Assembly (NCBI RefSeq): GCF_022045235.1
Contig: NW_027266266.1
Location: 24,862,001 to 24,926,000, forward strand
DNA from: Haliotis cracherodii
Taxonomy: Eukaryota
Direction of reading: 5' to 3'
Length of the DNA: 64,000 nucleotides
Shown piece after piece: positions 12,801 through 24,531 of the stretch. The position numbers and the translations under genes were made by a program. The notes beneath the pieces are model-generated. The model ran no database searches. It was given only the letters and a program-made list of their open reading frames with translations, and was not told where the DNA came from. Position 1 is the first letter of the stretch. Each line of letters opens with the position of its first letter.

Positions 12801-14149
12801 ATCATTATTTAAGGAAAGGTGTCCCTTTAACATAAAAATTTAAACACAAAAAATAACATTTTTATTTTGCACTAAAGTAATTTTTGTTGTTGGAAAACAT
12901 ACAACATTAATAATAATAAGGATATTAACACAAGAATATATTATTACATCACAAAGTAAGAATACACGCAGTGAATAAGTATTCTCGATGTGTTTGCCTT
13001 TGACCGGAATCGAACCGAGTCTAAAGATTACTCTTTCAGACTACCATTCAAAAGCTTCATTACATCTAATTTCAATGTTAAAATATGTACACTTTGTTAT
13101 TATGCAAATCAAAGGGTTAACCCATCATCAGCGTCAGAAACTGACACAAATCCTTCAGTCCTTGCCAAACTGCCCAATTGTTAAGGTATCATAACGACTA
13201 GTAGAAATTTGCCATTTATAAATGTTAATAAACTTGCAGAAATAGTATATGTGTGAACATTCCACACTTTCTAAAAACATAAATGTATGAAAATATAAAA
13301 GGGCACTCACTGTAAATGACGATGAAAGCAATACCAGTCGGTCTTGCTTCAGACATCAGAGGATGTTGAGCTCCAGCAATGCAATAATATGTTTTGCAAA
13401 TATTTTAGCTTCTACCTCATGCTTAGTTAAAATTCTTTGCAACAGATGAATCACAATTCCAAATGTGTGCTTGAGGTTTCAAGGTTGATTTATCAAATGT
13501 GACATATGCAATAAAGCAAGAAAATCTATTTAAGGGTCCCAAAAGATCTCGTAACAGCACTTAGTTTAACCATGAATAAAATAAATAAATATTATTATTA
13601 TCATTATTACGTATTATGTCTAATAAACAGACTAGTCTACTCATTTCCGGTTAGAATGATAGTGACAACAAACAGCAGTAAACAACTCAAGATAAGGAAC
13701 ATCGGATGGGCTGTTGAGAAGGAGGTTAGGGGCATGAAAAAAAGTTTCATATTTTCTCATGTACGGGAACGCTCACCTGAAATATCCTCAACCTCGCATG
13801 CAATTGATTGCCGCTTGCTGTCAGGTGTGGAACAATCCGTCAATAGTGAATGCCTTTTGATTTTGTTATCTCTGCAAATATATTTCTTCACGCTGGTTTG
13901 CAATCCATCCTTAAATTTCATAAAGTTATTTATTTTTATGAAACAGTTTCTACACAAACCAGCTTCGTGGTGATGCAGCAAAGAAACTGTCTCGGCATCC
14001 AACAGGACACACAGTTTTGAAAGAATATTATCCTCGACACACTTCCTGCCTGACAATTTAAAAGAAATGGAATTACCTGATGACAAACAAACAAAACAAT
14101 TAATAGGGTATAATTTCGTCTGCTCTATCACGGCCATTCGCGTAAACAT
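6809..14149 (-). CDS. Academ-type (DUF6589-like) putative DDE transposase, ~11 exons, ~1020 aa
   Basis: Exons 14149-13777, 12440-12345, 12107-12033, 11776-11675, ~11485-11146, 10536-10353, 9954-9826, 9662-9417, 9152-8963, 8483-8308, 7960-6809, with GT-AG ends and matching phases. Motifs: ITGDNLD, GGDQLTRVR..WWHNK, DTAKEGD, EADLVQEH, and N-terminal CxxC...CxxC. The junction near 11490 needs a weak GAG acceptor or a 1-bp lesion. The N-terminal exons are less certain. Confidence 0.8.
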
Positions 14150-15382
14150 AAGGTCACCTAACTGTAGTTCGATAGGTCACGATTAGGCCCTAGCTCCATG
14201 CATGGCTGTAGTCGCCTTACACAGTGTGAAGTTTTGACTGGTGGCAGCGATAGTATAGAGAGCTCCGGGAACGGACTATCGCTGTGAGGAGCTTGTACAA
14301 CTATAACCGTCATATACGGAACAAAGTTACAGCAATTGTAACCAAACTACTCGCCACATCAACCTTATCTTTTCAAAGTGAGACCACTCGAACAAAACAC
14401 ATTTTGAAACATTTTTATATGAACGGGACGGACAGCATCTATTCCTATTCGTGGCGGGGAATAAAATCAACTAAACAAATGATCATTTTATTTAAATTTT
14501 ACACTGTAATAATACCGTGTTATAAACACAAAACACTAAAACATTATGGCAATACATTGTGTGGCTCCAGAATATGTAGTGAAATGAAAACTAACAGAAG
14601 CAAGACTGTTTTCTTCAAAATAAATGCTACGAACATTCATCATAAATACCTTGCACACATTTGATGCTAAATAATAACCACCGTAATAAAACAACACCCG
14701 TGGCACATGTGCTTACCTGACGTTAATGTTTTGTTGCTACCAGAGAAATATGATGCATTATCATTAAAGTACAACAAATACATTCCCGTGAATATCCTTA
14801 AAATGGACACACAAGGATGAAGTTCCTCAACAAAATGGAACTGTTACATTTAGAAACAAGTACTAGTACTTATACTGGTAAACCTACAGTCCGTTTCTGA
14901 CATTCATACAATTGTATCAACCTGCAAGTTGAACTTGAAACAAGAGAACTGACACGCGACAACAAAATTGTTACTTAAATCTGAAAATACCATAATACAT
15001 GTAGTAACCATGATAATACAGTCTACAGAACAATTAATAAAATCAGAGTCTTGGATTGAATATGTCCATATCTTTGAGTGAGTGTCTTCACCCATTTGTT
15101 GTTTGTTTATTTGTTGTTTAACACAACACTCTGCAATATTCCAACTATATACGACGGCGGTTTGTAAATAATCGAGTCTGGACCAGACAATCCAGTGATG
15201 GATATCATGAGCATCAACCAAGTCAACGAGCCTGACAACCGACAACAAGCATATTCATCTTACGTCAAGCATAGGTTGCTGAAGACCTATTCTCACCGGG
15301 ATATTTACGAGTTTCAACTAGTGTTTGACACAATTGGGTGAGGAAGAGAATATATGGATTTCAACTACTTTATTATGAGGAT

Positions 15383-15422
15383 CACAACGTTTCGGAGTAT
15401 ATACTTTCTCCTTCATCAGGTG
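15383..15422 (-). ncRNA. Minimal hammerhead ribozyme motif of Penelope-like pLTR type (copies at 32430-32469, 41297-41336, 50773-50812, 58687-58726)
   Basis: Minus strand reads CAC-CTGATGA-A-GGAG(aaagtatata)CTCC-GAAA-CGTT-GTG: conserved core, 4-bp stem II, palindromic stem III, short stem I, followed by AATAAA in units 1-4. Confidence 0.65.
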
Positions 15423-15557
15423 TAGCAGCAGTTGAACCAGTTCACGGTACACCATCATATCATCGGTAATCAAGGTCAACTGGATTATCTCCCCTTAATT
15501 ATTAACATAAATAATGAAATAAGACTATAACCATCAGAACAAAGCATCAATTATGAC

Positions 15558-15959
15558 TAGGGCTGGGGCGAGATCAAATTTACTACCCGGGTACCCACCC
15601 CCCTGTTACCCGGCCCTACCCCGGTATCTGCTGTAGGTCTCAAGAGATTGGTCCAAATGTCCGATTGGGAATAGTTTGACCGTATTTAGATACCCGTATA
15701 AAAGGAACTTGTCATGCACACACTGAAGTTGATGGAAGTTTTATCTTTATTCAAACACATAAAGTCAGAAGGAATGCGTGGCTAGTCAGAAAGAAATGTG
15801 AACATTTGTGACTAGTAGTGTTACCATGGTGTTCTAGATAATTTTGCCATTAAACAATATATCACGTGACTAACCAAGGGTCCGGGTAGTCCTGTGAGTA
15901 CCCGGTTCCTACACAGTACCCACCCGACCCGAGTACCCGAGTTACCCGTCCCAGCCCTA
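15558..15959. mobile_element. hAT-type MITE family A (TAGGGCTGGG...CCCAGCCCTA, ~400 bp, 8-bp TSD)
   Basis: TIR TAGGGCTGGG with near-perfect TSD ATTATGAC/ACTATGAC. Full copy also in unit 3 (~41475-41876). Right end deleted in units 2 and 4; left part deleted in unit 5. Confidence 0.85.
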
Positions 15960-16585
15960 ACTATGACTTAACTTCTCCTCGCCCCGTTACCCAAACAGTA
16001 ACAGGCTCCTTACTTCTTTGGTGTAGACACAAAATGCACTATACCTTCTTCGTGTGCATAATTAATGTCCAGAAAGTTGAATAGTCTTGCAATTTGTGCC
16101 ACCAAAGTAGTAAAACTGAAAAAAAACATACATTACTGAATAGCAAAAGGCACAGGTTCAGTATTTGTCTGGTGAGTATACAAAGTTTTATCTTCATGTC
16201 ACCATTTATCAATGGTTTATGATTAATGTTCTGGAAAAGAACTCTACCATGAACAAAGTCATGAATAGAAAATGGCACTTTCCTGCTCTGTTTGCCGGGG
16301 CTGACTACTGTTGTGCTAACAATTACTTGGGAAGGTGTCCATTGCTGTTATTTAACCAGTTCACTTCTCCTTCACTGTCAAAGCCTATACATGAAGGTCG
16401 AGAGTTATCAGTTCTGAAGAGTGTGTCCAGTCAAGTGCACAACGACCGTTTCAATTATTTATTTTCCTGTATTCCAAAGATTTGTAACATCATATCTTAT
16501 ACAGGAGCCTATTGGCTGCTGGATTTTGATGCTCTGCGTCGTCGCTATTGTCTTGTCTGATATGCATACAATCTATACAACTCAG

Positions 16586-16744
16586 CAGCGAGAGAAAATA
16601 ACAGTTTTAGTCAACTAGTCCTTATAATGGTAACATATAGCAAAGCCCTTTAAAAGTGCAAATTTCTACTTGTAATAATGATACTTTAACAACTGGGTCC
16701 CAGTCTGGCGAGGACTAACCTACTAGATCCAATGTCTAACGCTG
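16586..16744 (-). mobile_element. MITE family B copy upstream of the promoter (5-bp TSD CTCAG)
   Basis: CAGCG...CGCTG ends, CTCAG at 16581-16585 and 16745-16749. Reverse-complement homologue of 5402-5572. Present in all units. Confidence 0.8.
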
Positions 16745-16838
16745 CTCAGTGTGGACTCCCTCGTTTTTAACCACCCAACAACTGAAAACATTACTGGGAT
16801 CCTGACTTGCGTGGAGCATAAAGAAAACCAGTCAAGCT

Positions 16839-16885
16839 GTCACGTGATACTATGACCGTCTCGCGAGATTTATGACGTCGCCATG
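16839..16885 (+). promoter_or_regulatory. Putative core promoter of the arrayed gene
   Basis: E-box GTCACGTGA (16839-16847), palindrome TCTCGCGAGA (16859-16868) and CRE-like TGACGTC (16873-16879), then GCCAT motifs, 115-160 bp upstream of the ATG. A CpG-rich patch in AT-rich DNA, retained with variants in all five units. Confidence 0.65.
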
Positions 16886-16997
16886 ACGACACTTCACTAC
16901 TGATATCGCCATTGCTGTGATCATCATACTGCTATCATCTTGCTACTATTTTGCTGCCATTTGCCTCGTATTTCGCTCATCTTCGTCTGCTTACGAC

Positions 16998-19462
16998 ATG
17001 AGCTCCTACGCCCAAGGTATGTCATTACTTCTACATTAGTAAGTTTGGTTTGTTTGTTTTTCTTTAATGACTTATTGACTTAACTGACTCTGAAGTAGGC
17101 CTAGATCTAGTCGATGGAAAAGAAGAAACTTCCAGAACAAACTGCCATGAAAGATGATCACTTGTCCAGTGTTCAGATCTTTTCCACGTTAATTGAGGCC
17201 AATTTTTCAGCCTTTTCCACAAACACATTCGTGTTTTAGTATATAAGTGAGGTTTCTGTAAATGTTTTCCAGCAGGCATGGTCAAATATTAGTAGCCATA
17301 TATGGATATAGGTTACCTGTCATTAATAGTTGAGGTAGTGTTGGTTGCCAAGGCTGTTTCTGCTAATAGGATGTTGGACTTCTACAATTGTTTATAGAAC
17401 TGTTCAATACGTAAACACAAACCTATTGTAAACTATTTGTAGCCTTGAACTTCAGTCCTCTCCCAACTGCCCAATAGTTAAGGCATCATAAAAGAAAGAA
17501 ATTTGCCATTTTTAAAGTTTTGCTTTTTGTTATCATTATAAGGACTAGGGAATAGGGCTGGGACGATTCCAAATTTACTATCCGGGTACCCATCCCCCTA
17601 TTACTCGATTGTCGGTACAGATTGTCCGATTGGGAATAGTTTGCCCTGCCAAAATGTATTTAGATACACATTTAAAACGATCTGGTCAACTCCGAAGTTG
17701 ACTGACGTTTTATCTTTATTCAAACATATGAAAGTCAGAAGGAATGTGTGCATAGTCCGAAAGAAATGCGAACATTAGTGACTTGTAGTGTAACCATAGA
17801 GTTCTAACCACTGAGCTTTTTATCATTAAACAATATATGACGTGACTAACCACGGGTCTGGTTAGTCCTGTGGGTACCTGGGTCCAACTCAGCACCCACC
17901 CGATCCGAGTTACCGTCCCAGCCCTACTAGTGGACTACAATGTTTCTACCTGCCTTAGATATAGTTTACATGCCATTAATCACTGAGTTGGTGTTTGGTT
18001 TCCAATGATGTTTCCAATCCAGTTTATTGTCGGTCTCTACAATGGTTTATTGAATTGTTCAACAGGTATTCACAACAATCAAATACCAATGATCATACAG
18101 TTCAGTAGTAGCTCCATATCAACATACTGTGTAAAATTGTGACTGAAATGTGTACTCTCCGAAGAATAAGAAATCACTTTTCTAAACTTCTAATGTTCAA
18201 TTACTATTAAATACAAGGACTTTCCACTGGTCTGTATCCTGTAACATTGGGGATAAAGCACATTGTCTTGCAGTTGCAGTGACTGACTGACAATGGTGTA
18301 CAAAAAACAGGACATATACTTATGTTCGTTTGTGCTATTATCTAAAAAAACACTTGACAGTTGAAGAAAGGAAATAAAATCCTGGTCACTGCTTTTTTAA
18401 CACATGCAACTCGTACCTTTTCTCCAGTCTACACCAATACAAATATATTTCTACTTTTAGCCCAACCTGTAGTAAGCAGTTCCTTCATATGTTCATGTTA
18501 TCACATATCGTAAATATTCTCTTACATCTCTTAATGTCCCAAAGCTGTTTACCTAATAATACAATGATTGTGTATTGTGTACCAAAGGTTTGTGTATTTT
18601 TTTGTTAATGGCATCTAATAATTGGCAGTGTAACTTGTATTTACCACAATCTGTATATCCTAGCTGTTTTGCAAAAAAATACTAAGTAATCATCACCTTC
18701 ACATTTTAGTGTGTAATACATTTACCCCAATGACTGTGGATGAACAGAATAACTGTTAACATTTTTTTAAATTTGTTCATATACTGTTCAATTGATTCTG
18801 TCTTGTTTATCCCTATTTAAGACTCTCATACCTTCTTACTTGACAGCTGTTGACCTCGTGATCAGGTTCCCCTTGAACTTTGACATCTGGGCCCCTCTTC
18901 GCCAAGTGGGTGTCTTAGGAATCAGTACTTTGCTAGAGTTGTTGTAAAATTGAAATTGGTTCTTGTATTTCTGACTATTTCATGAGTGTATGGACTATAT
19001 AATCTATATATAAAAATTATCTATATAATCTTCAACTAAGACACATAATATTGACTTGCAAACTAATGTAAATGTGGAGTAATAACCACACATCTTTGTC
19101 ACTAACGTACTCCTGACATTATGCATGAGCATCCCTTAAATTCAATCAATTTCCAGCATCTACCCTCATCTTTCTCTACTTGCTACTTAAATCTTCTGTC
19201 ACTCTCTACATGTCCTTCTCTCCCTCCCTGTCAGCATCGTCCTGGGAGATACATGACCATCCTTGACCCCCTGTCAGAGCTGCCCACCCCTCTCACCTCT
19301 TTCCCTGCCCCTCTCTCTACCCCCGTCCTCAGTGATGCCACTCACTTCGTCGAAATCAACCTCGATGATGACGACACCCCTACCCAGTCCCCAGTTCGAG
19401 TCATCCTGTCACGTGTGTCCGGATTCTTGAGGAGAGTGTTCCGTGTCAAGATGGACGCTTAG
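16998..19462 (+). CDS. Uncharacterised 101-aa protein, copy 1 (exons 16998-17016, 18847-18905, 19235-19462)
   Basis: ATG...CAAG|gtatgt; ttgacag|CTG...CAA|gtgggt; polypyrimidine-tcag|CAT...TAG. Phases 1 and 0 join into MSSYAQAVDLVIRFPLNFDIWAPLRQHRPGRYMTILDPLSELPTPLTSFPAPLSTPVLSDATHFVEINLDDDDTPTQSPVRVILSRVSGFLRRVFRVKMDA. Confidence 0.75.
17553..17926. mobile_element. hAT-type MITE family A nested inside a family-B MITE in intron 1
   Basis: TAGGGCTGGG...CCCAGCCCTA with 8-bp TSD CTAGGGAA/CTAGTGGA (CTAGTGAA/CTAGTGGA in units 2-4). It splits the family-B sequence at ataagga|ctagtggact. Present in units 1-4, absent from unit 5. Confidence 0.8.
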
Positions 19463-19815
19463 AGTGACATCTTGCTACCTCTTGGACGATGTGTCATATA
19501 ATAATTATTTATATTAAAACATAAATACAAGATATTTTGTGCGTTTGGCAGTTTTGGACACTTTGGAACTTTTTTTTAACTTTTTGTACCTTTCGGACAT
19601 TTTGTGCTTTTGGCTTTTTTCAATTACACATTTTGGCCCTTTCGAGTGTTCCGTGTCAAGATGGACGCTTGGAGTGACATCTTACTAATTCTTGGACGCT
19701 GTGTCATATAATAATTAATTACATTCAATCATAAATACAAGATATTTTGTGCTTTTGGCAGTTTTTCTACTTTTCGGACCCTTCGGACACTTTTTATGCT
19801 TTTGGTTGTTTTTTT
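19434..19815 (+). repeat. Tandem duplication (210-bp period) of the stop-codon/3'UTR region
   Basis: gagtgttccgtgtcaagatggacgctt starts at 19434 and again at 19644; the second copy has TGG for TAG. Present in units 1-4, single copy in unit 5. Confidence 0.85.
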
Positions 19816-22800
19816 CCCCAGAAATATACGCTATTTGTATTATACGTTGAAAGACGTATAGTTTGATTTACACATTTAGGCACTTTTGGACAAGGTATTA
19901 ACGTCTATTTTATTTGATTAAATCGATTACCAATCAATATTAACTATTAAAGATTGTCTTTAGTTTTTAGCCCCTTTGCTTTGTCTTTTGTTAAATAACA
20001 CACGATCTTGAAAATCAATCAAGCAACGCGTGGTATGTGCAGAAACTGCATATAACGTTTATAGCATCATATATTGTTCGTGTGGACTCATCACAACAGA
20101 TAGTGACAGATTCTAACTCGATTCTTTGCATCTCTCTCAACATATTTGCTACAGCATATAACATAGACTTACAATACTAAGAGTGCCAGGTGCCCTGTTG
20201 GTACGCGGGATTCGGGTTCTATTTAAAGGGTATTCAGCAGTGTGGTACGCGGGACGCAAATAAAATCGTATTTGATACGCAGATTCAACATCTCTAAAAT
20301 AAAAGGTGTAGGTTACAAAATCCTTTACATATCATATTTTTTTCTGTGATAAGTTCTTTAATTGCACCCTTTTCTCAATGCTTTTGACTGTTGCGGTAAG
20401 TAGTATTCGAGATTCAGGGGTGAGCAATTGCACCCTCAATACTTGTACCACTAAGATCAATTTGTGCATACAGTCCCTGGAGTCTGTACTGAACTCCGCT
20501 AACGAAGTCACATGACTCAAATTAGATCCCAGATTAGTTCTGTCCTACTACTGCTGAACACTGGATTTGATTAAAATGGTACATAAATGACAATCATACT
20601 TTAGAGACCGTAGTGAGTAAGTTTGGTTAAATGCGGCTTTGACGCAGGTTACAGGCGGATACCACTAGCACGGGTAGAGTGCTGACAGAGCAGGGGTCAA
20701 TACTAAGGAGAATCCAAGATTCGAACCCACGATCATTTGGTCCTGGTACAGTGACCGACGCAACTGCACAGATACCAAACATCCCTTGGCCACCCTGCCC
20801 CTTTGCATATTCGAAATAATGCTAGAGTAGCTGGTCCTATGTCCTAGAGTTCCTTGATTTCCTATGTAGCTGTACTAAAGAGGAGGCGCATTCATCGACT
20901 ATTGGTACGAGTTTATAGAAATCTTCCGGCCATATCACGACGATGGACATCAAGTCACTAGCTTATACTGTAGTCTGCCTTTGAATATACGAAAGTGTGT
21001 GAGTGAGTGTATGTTCTTCAGTAATATTTCAGCTATATCAAAGAAGTCTGTAAAGTAATCGAGTCTGGACCAGGGAAACCAGTGGTTGACTGCATTAGCA
21101 ACGACCCACACGGTCGAAGCACGGTCGAGTGGGGGGGATTATTCTACCCAGCAATCTCCAAGTGGGGTTAGTAACTCAGGTTCCCAGTTTTATTTCTACA
21201 CGATTCCATTTGAATCGCCACTGAATTGGCAGCCAAAGTTGAGACCAGTTTTTATGTTACGATATGCAAATTCGTGTAAAACGTCACAACATGTCAGTTA
21301 GTGTATCAATATTGGATCAGATATGTGTCCTGTGTCAAACGCTACGTTAAATAGATAATATTGATAATGTCGCTGATTCATTTCCAGTGTGCTCAGAGAG
21401 ATCGGATGACCTCGAGTTGATATACAACAGGCGAAACACCGATTACAGATAAAGAATTTCGTCAAAAAATACTGTGTCAAATGTTGTTGGCTCATTATTG
21501 TATCACAGTAAACTTTGTTCATATATTTTTGCCGTCTGTTCACAGGAAGATCCGAAGCCAACCCCTCCACTCGCTAGTGGTGTATCACTGAGAAGCCTTC
21601 GTCCCCATCTGATGTGTATCGCGCCTGTTATAAACACGTATCAGTGAAACGTTTAATAAAATTCTGCTGTGAATGTTAATCTGTTGTGTACTTCTTTGTA
21701 GCTCTGTTCAAATTCTTATGGTGTTATTATCACTTGAGTGAGTGGGTGAATTGGGTCTAAAGCTGCGTTTGCAAAGTGTGGAATGCAGGTCTTGAGCGCA
21801 TACAGTTTAAGTGAAACCCACGGGATTCGAACCCATGGTCATAGGATTCTTACACGCCAAAGGCGACGAACATTTGGACGTGTTGTATCCTTGGTGAATG
21901 TAACTAAATACCAGTGGAAAGAAGGTACCTAACATTCTTTAACCAGTGATTATATAGGATTATTTTGTCAGAACATCCAGCACAGCAAGTGTTCTAAAAG
22001 TAAAACCCGAGGACATTATTTGTTTTCAGGACACAGAATGTCAGAAAAATAATAAAAACAGTCCTTTCATTTTGGACTACACTCTTCGGTAAGTTAATCA
22101 GACTCGTCATTCATATAAGAGACCACTTAAATCGGTGGAAAGTCACGGTGAAACAAACTGGTTAAAGTTACTGTGGCGTCTGTGCCATGTACCCGTATAA
22201 GGGCGCTATTTATCATCAATATTGCACGGGGAGAATCAAGAAGAACTACCCTGTTCGACACCATCGTTTATTCTCCCCAAGGGAAGTAACTCTCATCGGT
22301 ACACCATCTTCGGTAAAGGCCAACGGGATTATCTCCCTTAAAAAATACAACTATAACCGTCAGATACGGATCAAAGTTACAGCAATTCTAACCAAACTAC
22401 TCGCCACATCAACCTTATCTTTTTAAAGTGAACAAAACGCACTTTGAAACATTTTTGTATGAACGGGACGGACAGCACCTATTCCTATTCGTGGCGGGGA
22501 ATAAAAACAACTAAGAAAATGGTCTTATTATTGAAATTTTACACTGTAATAATACCGTGTTATAGTATTGTCCACGGCGCCGTCACAAAACACTAAAACA
22601 TTATGGCAATGCATTGTGTGGCTCCAGAATATGTAGTGACATGAAAGCTAACAGATGCAAGACTGTTTTCTTCAAAATAAATGCTACGAACATTCATCAT
22701 AAATACCTTGCACACATTTGATGCTAAATAATAACCACCGTAATAAAACAACACCCGTGGCACATGTGCTTACCTGACGTTAATGTTTTGTTGCTACCAG

Positions 22801-23058
22801 AGAAATATGATGCATTATCATTAAAGTTCAACAAATACATTCCCGTGAATATCCTTAAAATTGGCACACAAGGATGAAGTTCCTCAACAAAATGGAAATG
22901 TTATGTTTAGAAACAAGTACTAGTACTTATACTGGTAAACCTACAGTCCGTTTCTGACATACATACAATTGTATCAACCTGCAAGTTGAACTTGAAACAA
23001 GAGAACTGACATGCGACAACAAAATTGTTACGTAAATCTGAAAATACCATAATACATG

Positions 23059-24531
23059 TGTTACACTTGCCGGGAAGCAAGGTGAGATGCAGCCACGAAC
23101 CTGTGGGGAAGAATAACGCAAAGATAATAGCTGATGTTCACTCGGTGCTTTACTGTCAAAAATGGCGAGTCTCATGAAGGCAAAGCCCATTCAACATATG
23201 TATCACCAAACGGTTACACAAATAATTGGTTACATGTTGATAACATCGTGTAGTGTGTACTACAATCTATATACTTTCATTGCTTGTTGTCTAGGGGTAT
23301 ATTTACTTAATGAAAGTACAAACAACTCTGCACCAAGAGCACATGGCAATTACCGAATGGCACTATAAAGAACTACCAAGTAACTACAATTCAATTGGAA
23401 CAACCACTGTGTATTACAGAACAAGATAATCCAGAAATGCCTGGCATATTAATGATCATCAAGACACTGAATATGCATCTTTGTAATGCTTAACTGCTGT
23501 TGTTACATACAAGGTAACAATACTGATTCAGTCTTATGCAGTTACTTTAATATTCCAATGTCAACTTGATTATTGATTATCTTGTTTGTATAAAAAGTAA
23601 TATTTAAACAACACTTTTGTGCTTAACAATAAATTTCAAAACTAAAACAATTAACAGATTCTGACAGGAGATGACCCATTTCACACAGGCTGTTATTGTT
23701 TATCATGACGATGAGATACCACTTCCAGAAATTCCCTGCAATTATCGCTAGTTGCATGAACATTTAAGCTTATTCCTTGGTATACTACTGTCATTAAATA
23801 TAATTCCAAATACAGAACAACTTCCTTCCTACACATGCCAAAAACAGTTAAAAGAGATGAAAACACTCGGAGCAATTGTTTACACATGGGCACAGCCATC
23901 TTGAAACTCTCAGCGCCCTTAGCGGAAGGAAGATAACTCTTACTGGCATAACATGCCGACTAATATAAACCATTGAATGTGGAACTTAGATGAATTGATT
24001 GACTTATTAACTACTAATCATACTCCTGGGAAACATAAAAAATATCTAACATTCCTATTTAATAATAGTATTTGATGGCTTAGAATATACACAATTTACA
24101 TCAACTTGACTGGTCACGTTACCCGTGAGGCCGGTGCAGTCTGACCCTGAACTTGCCTAGCTAATTCTAGCGCTTTCACAATTTGTACAAACCTATCACC
24201 TACATATATAGAACCTTGGACTTATAATAAATGTTTATGTATGTATATTGATGTGGTAATTACCTGTGGGGAAGAATAACGCAAAGATAATAGCTGATGT
24301 TCACTCGGTGCTTTACTGTCAAAAATGGCGAGTCTCATGAAGGCAAAGATGAGAACCCCTTAGTTGAAATACCATATAAGGACGTGCTTACATAGAGTTG
24401 CTTCCCCTCTGACCACGGTTGACACGATAAAGAATGCCATAGCTGCAGTAACTGAGTGACGAACTATTAGATTTTGTGGGCCCCCCTTTTTAAATGCAAC
24501 ATTAAAATAAAGCAATTTACCACATGTTACA
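23059..24531 (-). repeat. 3' LTR (1473 bp)
   Basis: Matches 30886-32026 and 48920-50392. Contains an 87-bp internal direct repeat at 23099-23185 and 24262-24348. Confidence 0.95.

Larger units (their letters stand above)
1081..14295. mobile_element. AcademH-type DNA transposon (13,215 bp) carrying a helicase and a transposase
   Basis: Absent from the same site in units 2-4 (empty site aaaaatacaactataaccgt). Perfect 9-bp TSD TACAACTAT at 1072-1080 and 14296-14304. Terminal inverted CAAGCTCCT/AGGAGCTTG and subterminal inverted ATCGCTGCCACCAGT (1127-1141 / 14237-14251). Encodes a RecQ helicase (+) and a GDNLD/GDQLT-type transposase (-). A 9-10 bp TSD plus helicase is the described AcademH signature. 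Confidence 0.9.

Noticed and set aside
16165-16560. Recurrent 131-aa ORF (MSGEYTKFY...)
   Set aside because: Starts at TTG, has premature stops in units 3 and 5 and no recognisable domain. It recurs only because the unit is repeated.
19121-19462. 113-aa single-exon ORF (MHEHPL...) as the real gene
   Set aside because: Its first 38 codons are the polypyrimidine intron end, and its ATG is deleted in unit 4 while the spliced model stays intact.
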